In this document: one piece after another, positions 47,621 to 56,876 of the stretch
Layout of the letters: each line of letters starts with the position of its first letter
Position numbering within the stretch: position 1 is the first letter of the stretch
Assembly: GCA_048882045.1 (NCBI GenBank)
Contig: JBHLRZ010000017.1
Location: forward strand, 10,346 to 74,345
Source of the DNA: Candidatus Thorarchaeota archaeon
Lineage (GTDB): Archaea > Asgardarchaeota > Thorarchaeia > Thorarchaeales > Thorarchaeaceae
Direction: 5' to 3'
DNA: 64,000 nucleotides
The notes under the pieces: model-generated
The model's database searches: none
What the model was told of the DNA's origin: nothing
What the model saw: the letters and a program-made list of their open reading frames with translations, nothing else
Translations under genes and position numbers: made by a program

Positions 47621-48667
47621 ATGACAGAAACTGAGAGCAAAGCAATTGAACACCAACCGGTTGAACAAGAACAAGGATTGTTCAAGAGATGGATGTTTTT
47701 GATAAAGAAGGCTCTCTATGATTTCAGATTGGCTGATCGACCTGGGAAGACTGACAAACTAGGAAAACTGTTTCTGTTGATCCCTGCCTTAACAAGCACT
47801 CTGATTATCATCCTAATCCTTGCTTTTCTCTGGGTTGAATCGACACCTATATTGACTAATCCTATAGGTGGTCCAGGAATTATCGTCAGTCCAACTTGGG
47901 ATCCTAGTAGAGACCTCTATGGCATAGCAATCTTCGTTGTAGGTTCATTGCTATGCACAGGTATTGCAATTGGAATTGCTGTACCAGTTGGGCTAGGCGG
48001 TGCTATTTTCCTATCTGAGTTTTGTCCGATGCGACTTCGACAACCAATCAAAATGATTATCGAAATGATGGCGGCAATCCCGTCAATCGTCTATGGTCTC
48101 TGGGCATATATTGTGATGGTGCCCTACATCAAGAACGTCTTGGCTCCGAGTCTTCAAAGCAATCCAATCACATCATGGATGCCATGGTTTCAAGGTGATA
48201 CAAGTGGATTGAGTCTTCTTGCAGGAGGCGTTATTCTTGCGATTATGTTACTCCCCACAGTTGTGACAATCACTCATGATGCACTCCAGACTGTACCAAG
48301 CAGTCTTCGTGAGGCGTCACTTGCTCTTGGTGCTACTCAGAGTGAAACTGCAAGGAGGATTGTCGTTTCAGCGGCATTGCCCGGTGTAGGAGCAGCTGTG
48401 GTTCTATCCCTGGGGCGAGCGGTAGGCGAAACAATGGCTGTCCTCATGGTAACAGGCAATTCCTTACAGATTCCCTACACATTATTTGATCCCACATATG
48501 TGATGACCAGTATCATAACGAATCAGCTAGGGTATGCTTTTGTTTTCCCACTGTGGCGTTCCGCCTTGTTTGCTGTTGGTTTAGTATTGATGATTATGTC
48601 AGTATGTTTCACCATAGTAGCGAAGGTGTTCATACGGTGGGGCATGAAAACAAGGGGGTATATCTAG
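47621..48667 (+). CDS. pstC: Phosphate ABC transporter permease PstC
   Basis: AIPSIVYGLW, EASLALGAT, GRAVGETMAV. Confidence 0.95.
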   Translation: MTETESKAIEHQPVEQEQGLFKRWMFLIKKALYDFRLADRPGKTDKLGKLFLLIPALTSTLIIILILAFLWVESTPILTNPIGGPGIIVSPTWDPSRDLYGIAIFVVGSLLCTGIAIGIAVPVGLGGAIFLSEFCPMRLRQPIKMIIEMMAAIPSIVYGLWAYIVMVPYIKNVLAPSLQSNPITSWMPWFQGDTSGLSLLAGGVILAIMLLPTVVTITHDALQTVPSSLREASLALGATQSETARRIVVSAALPGVGAAVVLSLGRAVGETMAVLMVTGNSLQIPYTLFDPTYVMTSIITNQLGYAFVFPLWRSALFAVGLVLMIMSVCFTIVAKVFIRWGMKTRGYI

Positions 48668-49579
48668 ATGAGCAGGTTAGACTCTCTAAAGACATACTTC
48701 CTGACCATTACTCAGTCAAGGAGACACTTCACTGATTTCCTCTTCAAAGTCATTCTTGCCCTGTTGATTGTCATAATACTCTCACCCTTCTTCCTTGTCC
48801 TGATTCAGGTTGCAAGTATTGGTTTCTTCCAGGTTTTCGGATCAGGACCAGGACAGGGAATTGAGTTCTTTACGACATTTCCCGGAATAGGGCTTGAGGG
48901 TGGAATCAGGAATGCGTTTGTGGGTACTGTGGAGCTGATTGTATTGGCTAGTGCTGTGGGAATTCCTCTTAGTGTATTTGGAGCAGTGTACATCACCGAA
49001 TACACGCAACCTGGTTGGAGTCAATCACTAGTTGAATTCGCATCTGATGTTCTTGCAGGAATACCATCTATTGTCTTTGGTGCATTCAGCTTTGCATTAT
49101 TAGTTGACTTCCTCCACCTCGGGATGGGTATCGTCGCTGGTAGTCTCACATTAGCTTTCATGATGATTCCAACTGTTTTGAGGACGACTCAAGAAGCACT
49201 CAGAGCGGTTCCTATGTCATTGAGAGAAGCTTCACTTGCTCTTGGAGCAACCAAATGGTCAACTACCTGGAATGTGACTCTCCGCGCTGCATTTCCCGGG
49301 TTGATTACTGGTGTACTACTTGCCATTGGTCGAGTAATGGGTGAAACTGCTCCTCTGATTTTCACTGCTGGGAACAGCTTGAGCGTTCCTACTGAACTTA
49401 CAGGTTCTGGTTCTTGGGTCGCATCCATGCCCTATACAATATGGGCGTACATTAGTGATCCTAGAGAGTATCTTCAAGCGAAAGCCCATGGAACTGCTCT
49501 GGCTCTTATGATCATGGTCCTCACAGTGGACTTGGTTGCTAATGTGATTTCTAGGAAGGTCACAAGGAGGCTTGTCTAA
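48668..49579 (+). CDS. pstA: Phosphate ABC transporter permease PstA
   Basis: LAGIPSIVFG, EASLALGATKW, GETAPL. Confidence 0.95.
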   Translation: MSRLDSLKTYFLTITQSRRHFTDFLFKVILALLIVIILSPFFLVLIQVASIGFFQVFGSGPGQGIEFFTTFPGIGLEGGIRNAFVGTVELIVLASAVGIPLSVFGAVYITEYTQPGWSQSLVEFASDVLAGIPSIVFGAFSFALLVDFLHLGMGIVAGSLTLAFMMIPTVLRTTQEALRAVPMSLREASLALGATKWSTTWNVTLRAAFPGLITGVLLAIGRVMGETAPLIFTAGNSLSVPTELTGSGSWVASMPYTIWAYISDPREYLQAKAHGTALALMIMVLTVDLVANVISRKVTRRLV

Positions 49580-50343
49580 TGGCAGAGTTCAAACATCACA
49601 TCGAGGTCAATGATCTATCGACATGGTTCGGAAAGAAAGCCATTCTGAAGAATATCTCATGCTATTTCGAAGATAACTCTGTAACAGCAATCATGGGTCC
49701 GTCTGGTTGTGGGAAGAGTACGCTTCTTCGTACATTAAACCGTCTCAATGATTTGGTTCCTAGTTTTCGTAGGGAGGGCCAAGTGTTTTTCAATGGGGTG
49801 GATATCTACGAAGCAGGTTACAGTGTCTACGATTTGAGGAAACAGATAGGTATGGTCTTTCAACGGCCAAATCCATTCCCAATGAGCATCTATGATAACA
49901 TTGTCTATGGACCAAAGTTGCACGGGGTGAAGGATGAGGACGAGCTTGACAAAATCGTTGAAACCTCATTGAAGAAAGCTGCTTTATGGCAAGAAGTGAA
50001 GGATGATTTAGAGAAACCTGCTCCAAATCTCTCAGGTGGACAACAGCAGAGATTGTGCATTGCTAGAGCTTTGTCTGTCGATCCACCTGTTTTGTTGGCT
50101 GATGAACCTGTATCTGCTTTGGATCCGATCAGTGCAGCCAAGATTGAGGAGCTCATTATCGAGTTAAAGAAAGACTACACAATAATCTTGGTCACTCACA
50201 ATGTTCAGCAAGCTTTCAGAGTGTCAGATAATTCTGCATTCTTGTACTTGGGAGAACTAGTGGAGTTTGATAGAACGAAGAGGATACTAGAAGCACCAGC
50301 TGATGAGAGAACCGAGGCATTCATTACTGGTAGAATAGGATAG
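49579..50343 (+). CDS. pstB: Phosphate ABC transporter ATPase
   Basis: GPSGCGKST, MVFQRPNPFPMSIYDN, LSGGQQQRLCIAR, DEP. Confidence 0.96.
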   Translation: MAEFKHHIEVNDLSTWFGKKAILKNISCYFEDNSVTAIMGPSGCGKSTLLRTLNRLNDLVPSFRREGQVFFNGVDIYEAGYSVYDLRKQIGMVFQRPNPFPMSIYDNIVYGPKLHGVKDEDELDKIVETSLKKAALWQEVKDDLEKPAPNLSGGQQQRLCIARALSVDPPVLLADEPVSALDPISAAKIEELIIELKKDYTIILVTHNVQQAFRVSDNSAFLYLGELVEFDRTKRILEAPADERTEAFITGRIG

Positions 50344-50352
50344 GTGATAATT

Positions 50353-51039
50353 ATGGGTTCAAGATTAGAGTTCTATTTGGAGGAAATCGAGGAGCGACTC
50401 AGGAAGTTATACAAGATGACTGCAAAGTCTCTGATTGACTCCATGGAAGCATTCAAACAACTTGACCAAGACCTGGCACATAAAGTCAAGGAGCTGTCAG
50501 AAGAGATCGAAACTCTTTCGGAGAATATCGAAGAGAATGTGTTTGAGACAATCGGCCGCAGACAACCCGTTGCAAGAGACCTTCGCAGGCTTTCAGTCTA
50601 TCTCCAGATCTCACACAGTCTTTTCCGAATTGGGAGATACTCTTACAAGATAGCTCACATCACTGACCTATGCGAGAAACTGGAGCATTTCAAAGAACTG
50701 CAGTCACTCCCCTACCTTGCTGAGCTAGCAATCAAGACTCTTGACATTGCTATGGCTGGGATACTTGATGAAGATTTGTCGAAGATTGATGAACTGGAAA
50801 AGCTCGAAGCTGCTAGTGACAAGGAAACTTCGGAGATGTTTGAAGAGATTGTTGATTATCTCCGAAAACGGGAAGGCATTGAAGAAATGTCATTATTTTA
50901 TATCATAGTTGGACGATACTGCGAAAGAGCTGCAGACCAAGCGTTCCTGATTGCTGAGAAAGCAGTTTATATGGTGACAGGTAAACGAAAGAAACTTGGC
51001 TTAGCCTACAAAGGAGATGCAAGTCAAGCTCCTCATTGA
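50353..51039 (+). CDS. phoU: Phosphate signalling protein PhoU (paralog 1)
   Basis: QPVARDLR, RIG, ERAADQA-x2-IAE-x2-VY. Confidence 0.9.
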   Translation: MGSRLEFYLEEIEERLRKLYKMTAKSLIDSMEAFKQLDQDLAHKVKELSEEIETLSENIEENVFETIGRRQPVARDLRRLSVYLQISHSLFRIGRYSYKIAHITDLCEKLEHFKELQSLPYLAELAIKTLDIAMAGILDEDLSKIDELEKLEAASDKETSEMFEEIVDYLRKREGIEEMSLFYIIVGRYCERAADQAFLIAEKAVYMVTGKRKKLGLAYKGDASQAPH

Positions 51040-51063
51040 AACTAGGATAGAAGGAGGATAACT

Positions 51064-51750
51064 ATGTCATCTGAATTCGAGAATGTGGTTTCTGAAATTA
51101 AAGAAAATCTGCGTACGCTTCATCGACATGTTACAAACGCTCTAGTTCAATCGATGCAGGCATTCGAAGATCTTGACGAAGAGTGTGCCACCCAGGCTGC
51201 CACTATAACTGAGGACATTGATCAGATTCATGCAAACATAGAAGAAACCATTTTCAGGGCAGTCGCAAAATATCAGCCAACTGATTTTTCTCTCCGGCAG
51301 ATGATTGCTTTCGTGCATACATTGAACTCACTCCATAGAGTCGGACGCTATTCAAACAAGATAGTTGAAATTGTGTATATGAGTCAAGACCTCGAGCATT
51401 TCAAGGATTTGGAATCTCTTCCATACCTCGCAGAACTTGCTGAAACCTCTCTCGACATTGCAATGAGAGCAATTCTAGAGTCAGACCTTACTGAACTTGA
51501 GGAACTTGAGAAACTCGAGACCCAGAGTGACATCGAAACCGCGGACATGTTTGAGGAGATTGCAGACTATTTGGGAAGACGCCACGACATCAGCGAGATT
51601 GCAATGCATTATATCATTGTAGGCAGATATTGTGAACGTGCTGCTGACCATGCATTATCTATAGCCGAGGCTGCCTACTATATGGTAAATGGAAAGCATA
51701 AGAAACTAGGTTTGAAGCACGAGACTGAATCGAAGAGTATGTTGGACTAA
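51064..51750 (+). CDS. phoU: Phosphate signalling protein PhoU (paralog 2)
   Basis: QP-x4-LR, RVG, ERAADHA-x2-IAE. Confidence 0.88.
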   Translation: MSSEFENVVSEIKENLRTLHRHVTNALVQSMQAFEDLDEECATQAATITEDIDQIHANIEETIFRAVAKYQPTDFSLRQMIAFVHTLNSLHRVGRYSNKIVEIVYMSQDLEHFKDLESLPYLAELAETSLDIAMRAILESDLTELEELEKLETQSDIETADMFEEIADYLGRRHDISEIAMHYIIVGRYCERAADHALSIAEAAYYMVNGKHKKLGLKHETESKSMLD

Positions 51751-52265
51751 GCTTTTGTACTTCGGATCTCTCTAACAAGCTCCTCAAAAGCTTCGTTGAC
51801 ATGTTGGTTCTCTAAGGCGCTTGTCCGAATCCACTTCAGACCCCGGGCTTCTAGTACTCCCGTGATCTGTTCATCAGTGATAACAGCTTCTAGATCGATC
51901 TTGTTCTCTACTGCAACAACAGGAATCTGCCCTGTAGCGGAATAGAGGGAATTCAGCCAGTCATCAATGTGCTGTAGGGTTTCCACACGTGTCCTATCGA
52001 AGACAAAGAATGCTCCAGATGCTTGAGCACAATACTGCTCCCTTAACGCTGCAAAGGCCACTTGCCCTCCCAGGTCCCAGACGACCAGCTTATGTTTCAG
52101 TCCTTCAACATCAACTATCTTCACATGAATCATTGCACCAATAGTCCGTCCAATCTCTGGATCAAAGCTATCATACATATAACGTTGGACCAGTGATGTC
52201 TTGCCTACCCCTGTGTCTCCTAGGAAAACGAGCTTGTGAACGAAGTCGACGTCATCTGCAGCCAT
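51747..52265 (-). CDS. Rab-like small GTPase (G3 WDLGGQ)
   Basis: G1 GDTGVGKT, G2 RTIG, G3 WDLGGQ, G4 NKID, G5 TSAL. Confidence 0.92.
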   Translation of the reverse strand: MAADDVDFVHKLVFLGDTGVGKTSLVQRYMYDSFDPEIGRTIGAMIHVKIVDVEGLKHKLVVWDLGGQVAFAALREQYCAQASGAFFVFDRTRVETLQHIDDWLNSLYSATGQIPVVAVENKIDLEAVITDEQITGVLEARGLKWIRTSALENQHVNEAFEELVREIRSTKA

Positions 52266-52278
52266 TTCTTTTCCCCCA

Positions 52279-52827
52279 TTACACAGTCCTCTTTTCACGA
52301 CTCTTCTCAAGAATCTCCCGGGTCATCTTCTGGAATGCTTCTTCTACATTCATGTCTTCCTTAGCACTAGTTTTTATTATCTCCACACCGTGGGCTTCAA
52401 TGACAGCATCACGAGCACCATCGGTGATCTCACTCTCGAGGTCAACCTTATTCTCTAGGAGAACGAGTGGAATCTTACCAGTGACTGTGAAAAGTGCGTT
52501 CAACCAATCATCGACACGTTCGATGGTATCAGGTCTTGTTGTGTCGAAGACAAAGAATGCTCCAGAAGCGTTCTGGTAGTATGCTCGTCTGAGCTGCGCG
52601 AAGTTGTCTTGGCCAGCTATGTCCCAGATTACAAGCTTGACCGTAGTATCACCGACCTTCTGCATCTTGATGTGAATGTCAGTCCCTATGGTTGCGAGAT
52701 AGTCCCCTTCGAAGCTCTCATAGACGAACCTTCCGACAAGGCTTGTCTTTCCAACGGCCCCCTCGCCAAGAAAGACTATCTTCAACAGGTAATCAGCAGT
52801 TTCAGGCAGGTTTCTAACGCTCCGCAT
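52279..52827 (-). CDS. Rab-like small GTPase
   Basis: G1 GEGAVGKT, G2 YLATIG, G3 WDIAGQ, YYQNA, G4 NKVD, G5 TSAK. Confidence 0.94.
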   Translation of the reverse strand: MRSVRNLPETADYLLKIVFLGEGAVGKTSLVGRFVYESFEGDYLATIGTDIHIKMQKVGDTTVKLVIWDIAGQDNFAQLRRAYYQNASGAFFVFDTTRPDTIERVDDWLNALFTVTGKIPLVLLENKVDLESEITDGARDAVIEAHGVEIIKTSAKEDMNVEEAFQKMTREILEKSREKRTV

Positions 52828-52939
52828 CGCTCAGAGGCACTCTTGGTACTTGAGAAGGGCAATCACCTAATAATAATATCGGGCGTAATCAAAAACCAGA
52901 AAAGGGACACAGCTTCCAGCAAGTCCAAGGGCGACTGAT

Positions 52940-53731
52940 ATGGACATAGGAACTTTCGCACGCAATAACGAACAGGTTAGCTCAGCCATTGAGAAAGAGC
53001 CGGACTTTGTCGATCTGAGGATGGATCTGAACCACAGTATCGATTTCGCCGAAGCCAAGAGGGACCTAAACCGTGCTGGAATTCCATGTACACTTCACCT
53101 ACCAAGTAATCCTGATTGGAAACCGATCGAACTATCGCGAGGTATTGTACCCTACATCGACCTTGGTCGCCAGATAGATGCAGAGATAGTCACCTTTCAC
53201 ACTATGCTCTCTACACTCTTCTATGATGACTATGACATTGACGTCTTTCTGCAGGCGATTCCATTAGCCTGCGAAACTGCAACTGAGTCCGGTGTTAAAC
53301 TAGCAATAGAAACTCTCGGACTATACTACACTGAACTGCAGCTTCTCTTTGATGAGTTCTGCGATATGATGCTCGCTCTTGATATTGGGCACGGTCAAAT
53401 ATTAGCAAAACGAAACAGGGCGCTCGACCACATCAGCTCTTTCTATGAGAAGATAGAGATTGTCAATGTGCATGACAACCATGGGTCGAAGATGCTTGAT
53501 GATGTGTTGGAGATGAGGAAGGAAAGAAACGTGACACAGGGTGAGATCAGAGAACTTGCAGTACGATATGACACCCACCTCCCAATTGGAGAAGGAGAAA
53601 TCGACTTTGATCTAATATTCAAGGAGCTCAAACGCCGAGGTTATAATGGCCGATTCTGCATGATGAGTGAGAATCCTGATGCTTTCTCACAGGAACGAGA
53701 GAAGTTCACTGATCTTTGGTTGGCGTCCTAG
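52940..53731 (+). CDS. Xylose isomerase-like TIM barrel (sugar phosphate isomerase/AP endonuclease 2 family)
   Basis: TLHLP, VTFH, LAIE, LDIGH, VHDNHG, DTHLPIGEGEIDF. Confidence 0.88.
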   Translation: MDIGTFARNNEQVSSAIEKEPDFVDLRMDLNHSIDFAEAKRDLNRAGIPCTLHLPSNPDWKPIELSRGIVPYIDLGRQIDAEIVTFHTMLSTLFYDDYDIDVFLQAIPLACETATESGVKLAIETLGLYYTELQLLFDEFCDMMLALDIGHGQILAKRNRALDHISSFYEKIEIVNVHDNHGSKMLDDVLEMRKERNVTQGEIRELAVRYDTHLPIGEGEIDFDLIFKELKRRGYNGRFCMMSENPDAFSQEREKFTDLWLAS

Positions 53732-54765
53732 CCCTTTGCCAAAGATTCTACAAGTTTGAGGACTTCCTTGAGACCTTTCTTATCGTCAGCTTTCTCATAC
53801 ATTGCGCGGGCCATCCTGACCTGTTTCATTGCATCATCATTCTTGCCTTGCACAATGCAGATTCTGGCATGATTGAGTCTAGCAGCACCCATCTTGCTGT
53901 ACACCTCATTCGGATATTCAAACATGTCCACATTAATCACCTTTCCACAGTCCGGACATGCTATGACAAGATCAACTTCTGAATCAGGCAACTGCTTTGT
54001 GGGTGCAGCTGGAGCTGGTGTTGGTGCAGGTGCAACAGGTTCTGGTTGAACAGGCGGAGTTGCAGCTGCAAATCCTGTATCAGAGACCGTTGCTACAGGT
54101 TCCTCAACGGTGACCGCTTCCAACACTGGAGCCTCTCCCTCGGCAAACTCTGCAGAAGATACAAGTGTCACAGGTTCAGGTATTGGCTCTGGTTCTGGCT
54201 CCACAGGCTTTTCTACATAGGCTGATTTTGAACCTAGGATTGATTCTTCGATTTGACTTGCAGTTGGACCTGCTTGCGGCATCATCATGTCAGCTGCCTC
54301 GGGCGGTAGGGGTTCACTGCCATCCATCATTGTTGGCGGAGGGATTTCCTCGCCCCCTGCCATCATTCCTGGTCCCTCAAGTAATTCCTTAACTTCACTT
54401 GCTCGAAGCATTCTTGTTTCAATAACTCCAGATCCGTCCTCTTCATCTATGCCGACTGTTTCTGCTTTTGCGAATGCCTCCATTGCTTTTTCCATCTCAC
54501 TCTTGGGGCGTCCTACATCACCGCCATGTCGGACACGGTCTTTCGAAACCTCACTAGGTTTGACCCAAGTATCATCTGTTGATGTCGAAAGAGTTTCAGC
54601 AGGAGGTGGATTTTCAGCAACTGGAGGTGCGGCTGGTTGGGCGACAGCTGGTTCAGGAACCGGAGCTGCCTTCTTTGGAGGCTTAATTAGAGAAGCTCCA
54701 CAACGAATACAGAACTTACGTGTCGGTTGGTTTGCCTTTCCACACTTCTCACAGTTTCGCACCAT
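53728..54765 (-). CDS. Zinc-ribbon protein with long Pro/Glu/Ala-rich disordered linker
   Basis: N-terminal CEKC-x10-CIRC, low-complexity middle, CPDC and a TPR-like helical C-terminus. Confidence 0.78.
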   Translation of the reverse strand: MVRNCEKCGKANQPTRKFCIRCGASLIKPPKKAAPVPEPAVAQPAAPPVAENPPPAETLSTSTDDTWVKPSEVSKDRVRHGGDVGRPKSEMEKAMEAFAKAETVGIDEEDGSGVIETRMLRASEVKELLEGPGMMAGGEEIPPPTMMDGSEPLPPEAADMMMPQAGPTASQIEESILGSKSAYVEKPVEPEPEPIPEPVTLVSSAEFAEGEAPVLEAVTVEEPVATVSDTGFAAATPPVQPEPVAPAPTPAPAAPTKQLPDSEVDLVIACPDCGKVINVDMFEYPNEVYSKMGAARLNHARICIVQGKNDDAMKQVRMARAMYEKADDKKGLKEVLKLVESLAKG

Positions 54766-54905
54766 AGGCACCTCGAGCAATGGTACTAAGACTTCTATAC
54801 TGATTAAGGTTTGTTATTCCTATATGTTACAGTTGATGATATCGACTGTTCACAAGATTCTTTTGAAACTGTTTCCTATTGCAATCTGGATTGTTCCATT
54901 GGAAG

Positions 54906-56876
54906 ATGGAGATTGTGGATTTGTCAGTTGACACGAGATGGCATGTTTCAATTACACTTGTTATTCTTCTAATTGGTCAACTTCCAACAGCGACTTCAAC
55001 TATATCCATGAATGAATCGAGATATGATCAAATCATCTGGGAAACAATAGCGCTTCCAGAGTATATGGACCCACACAAGAATTACGAAAGGATGGGTGCA
55101 TGGATCCATAGCAATATCTACGAAACTCTTGTCACCTATGATTTTGAATCTGCAGATACATCGCCGTTGAACATGTTGCTAGCTGAGAGCCTCGTAGTTT
55201 CAAGTGATGGCCATAACTACACATTTACCCTGCGACAAGGAATCACATTCCATGATTCTACCGAATTCAACGCCACTGCAGTACAGATGAATTTCTGGAG
55301 AATGTTGGGGCGTGGATGGGATGATGGTTGGGGGCCAGTTTGGATGATTGCTCAACCAATTCTAGGGGGTAAAGCTGTTCAGGATGCAGTCTATGAACAT
55401 GGAGATGGGAGTCCAGAACATATAGACGCATGGAATGATTGGATGGCAAACTCTAAGGCTGTCGTCGTCATTGATGAATTCACAGTTCGTATTCGATTAG
55501 CTTACTCCTATGCTCCATTTCTGTCAGTGCTAGCTTACTCAGTAGGTTCGATGATCAGTCCGACATTCTTCATGGCACATGGAGGTATGTCTCCTGAGAG
55601 TGATAATGACACATTAGATGAGAAGTCGTGCGGGACTGGTCCGTATATTCTGGAAGATTGGATTCAGGATGATAGGATAGAGCTGAGCATCAATCACAAC
55701 TACTGGAGATCCTATGTAGCGGTGTACGCACATCCCTTCGCAGGTTCCATTGAAACAGTTTCGGTCAGACTGAACGCTGATGACCCTTCTAGAATGTTGA
55801 ATCTTCAAGAAGGTCTAACAGATGGATGCTATTGGAGTACGTCTCATGCTCAAGAAGTCTGGAACAATGTTACAGAGATAGGAGATGGAACTCTCCAGAG
55901 TAGCAATCCTTCAATCAAGGTATGGGCTGGCAATCTGAAATTCGATGTGATGTTTTTAGGTTTCAACATGAATCCGTATGTAAATGTTTCAGGCGAGGTG
56001 AGAATGTGTCCATTTACAAACTACGACCTCAGAGCAGCAGTATCATATGCGTTCGATTATCAGGCTGTTATTGACACTCTTCTTGATGGATGGGGAGTGC
56101 AGCTTCAAGGTCCCATTCCACGAGGTCTGTTTGCACATGATGATGAACTGTTTATGTTTGAACGGGATATGACAATGGCTGTTGAGCACTGGAATATAGC
56201 AATGACCAATGGTCTTGATGACATTTGGGCAAACAACTCCTACGAGCTCGTCTTGTATATCGGTGTAGGATCAACGAACCGCAATACAGCAGCTCTTCTA
56301 GTGAAAGAAGCAATCGAGAACATCATTGCTGATCCCATTTCCATTAACCCGTCTCAACCACTTACGATTGAAATTCTCAATGCTGAGTGGCCACATTATT
56401 TGTACTTGGTTCAAAACCACCAGATGCCCATTTTCTTTTTAGGATGGTCACCTGATTATGCGGATCCTGATAATTACATTGAACCAATTGTTAGAAGTAC
56501 AAGTAGTTTCCCAAAAAGGGTTGGTCTAGAAGGTTCAGCTGGTGAGGGCGGAATAGTTTGGGACAACGTGACAATTAATGGATTGATCGATGCAGCTGCT
56601 GCCGAGTCAGATCCGACAACAAGGGAATTACTTTATTCCCAGATTCAGGTAGCGATTGTAGAGCATTGTGCGTACCTCTGGTGCTATCAAACTACTGATT
56701 TCCACACTGAGAGTTTTGATGTACAAGGGTTTGTGTACAATCCAATGCGTCAGCCATACTTCTACCATTACTATAAAGTAAGAGAAATACCAAATCCAAT
56801 AGTTATCCAGATGGCAATATTTGGTGCGATAATCGTGATCACGCTCGTTATCCTGCTGAAATCATTTAAGAAGTAG
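54906..56876 (+). CDS. ABC peptide-binding protein (SBP family 5), canonical order, with C-terminal TM
   Basis: MDPH-x-NY, IYETLV, YTFTLRQGITFHD, GTGPY, LRAAVSYAFD, GWSPDYADP; start codon uncertain. Confidence 0.92.
   Translation: MEIVDLSVDTRWHVSITLVILLIGQLPTATSTISMNESRYDQIIWETIALPEYMDPHKNYERMGAWIHSNIYETLVTYDFESADTSPLNMLLAESLVVSSDGHNYTFTLRQGITFHDSTEFNATAVQMNFWRMLGRGWDDGWGPVWMIAQPILGGKAVQDAVYEHGDGSPEHIDAWNDWMANSKAVVVIDEFTVRIRLAYSYAPFLSVLAYSVGSMISPTFFMAHGGMSPESDNDTLDEKSCGTGPYILEDWIQDDRIELSINHNYWRSYVAVYAHPFAGSIETVSVRLNADDPSRMLNLQEGLTDGCYWSTSHAQEVWNNVTEIGDGTLQSSNPSIKVWAGNLKFDVMFLGFNMNPYVNVSGEVRMCPFTNYDLRAAVSYAFDYQAVIDTLLDGWGVQLQGPIPRGLFAHDDELFMFERDMTMAVEHWNIAMTNGLDDIWANNSYELVLYIGVGSTNRNTAALLVKEAIENIIADPISINPSQPLTIEILNAEWPHYLYLVQNHQMPIFFLGWSPDYADPDNYIEPIVRSTSSFPKRVGLEGSAGEGGIVWDNVTINGLIDAAAAESDPTTRELLYSQIQVAIVEHCAYLWCYQTTDFHTESFDVQGFVYNPMRQPYFYHYYKVREIPNPIVIQMAIFGAIIVITLVILLKSFKK

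Noticed and set aside
54287-54931. Long alternative-frame ORFs (also 1588..2061, 2074..2574, 19899..20480, 62028..62531)
   Set aside because: They are shadow or overlapping frames of well-supported genes, lack RBSs and motifs, and are explained by codon bias or low complexity.
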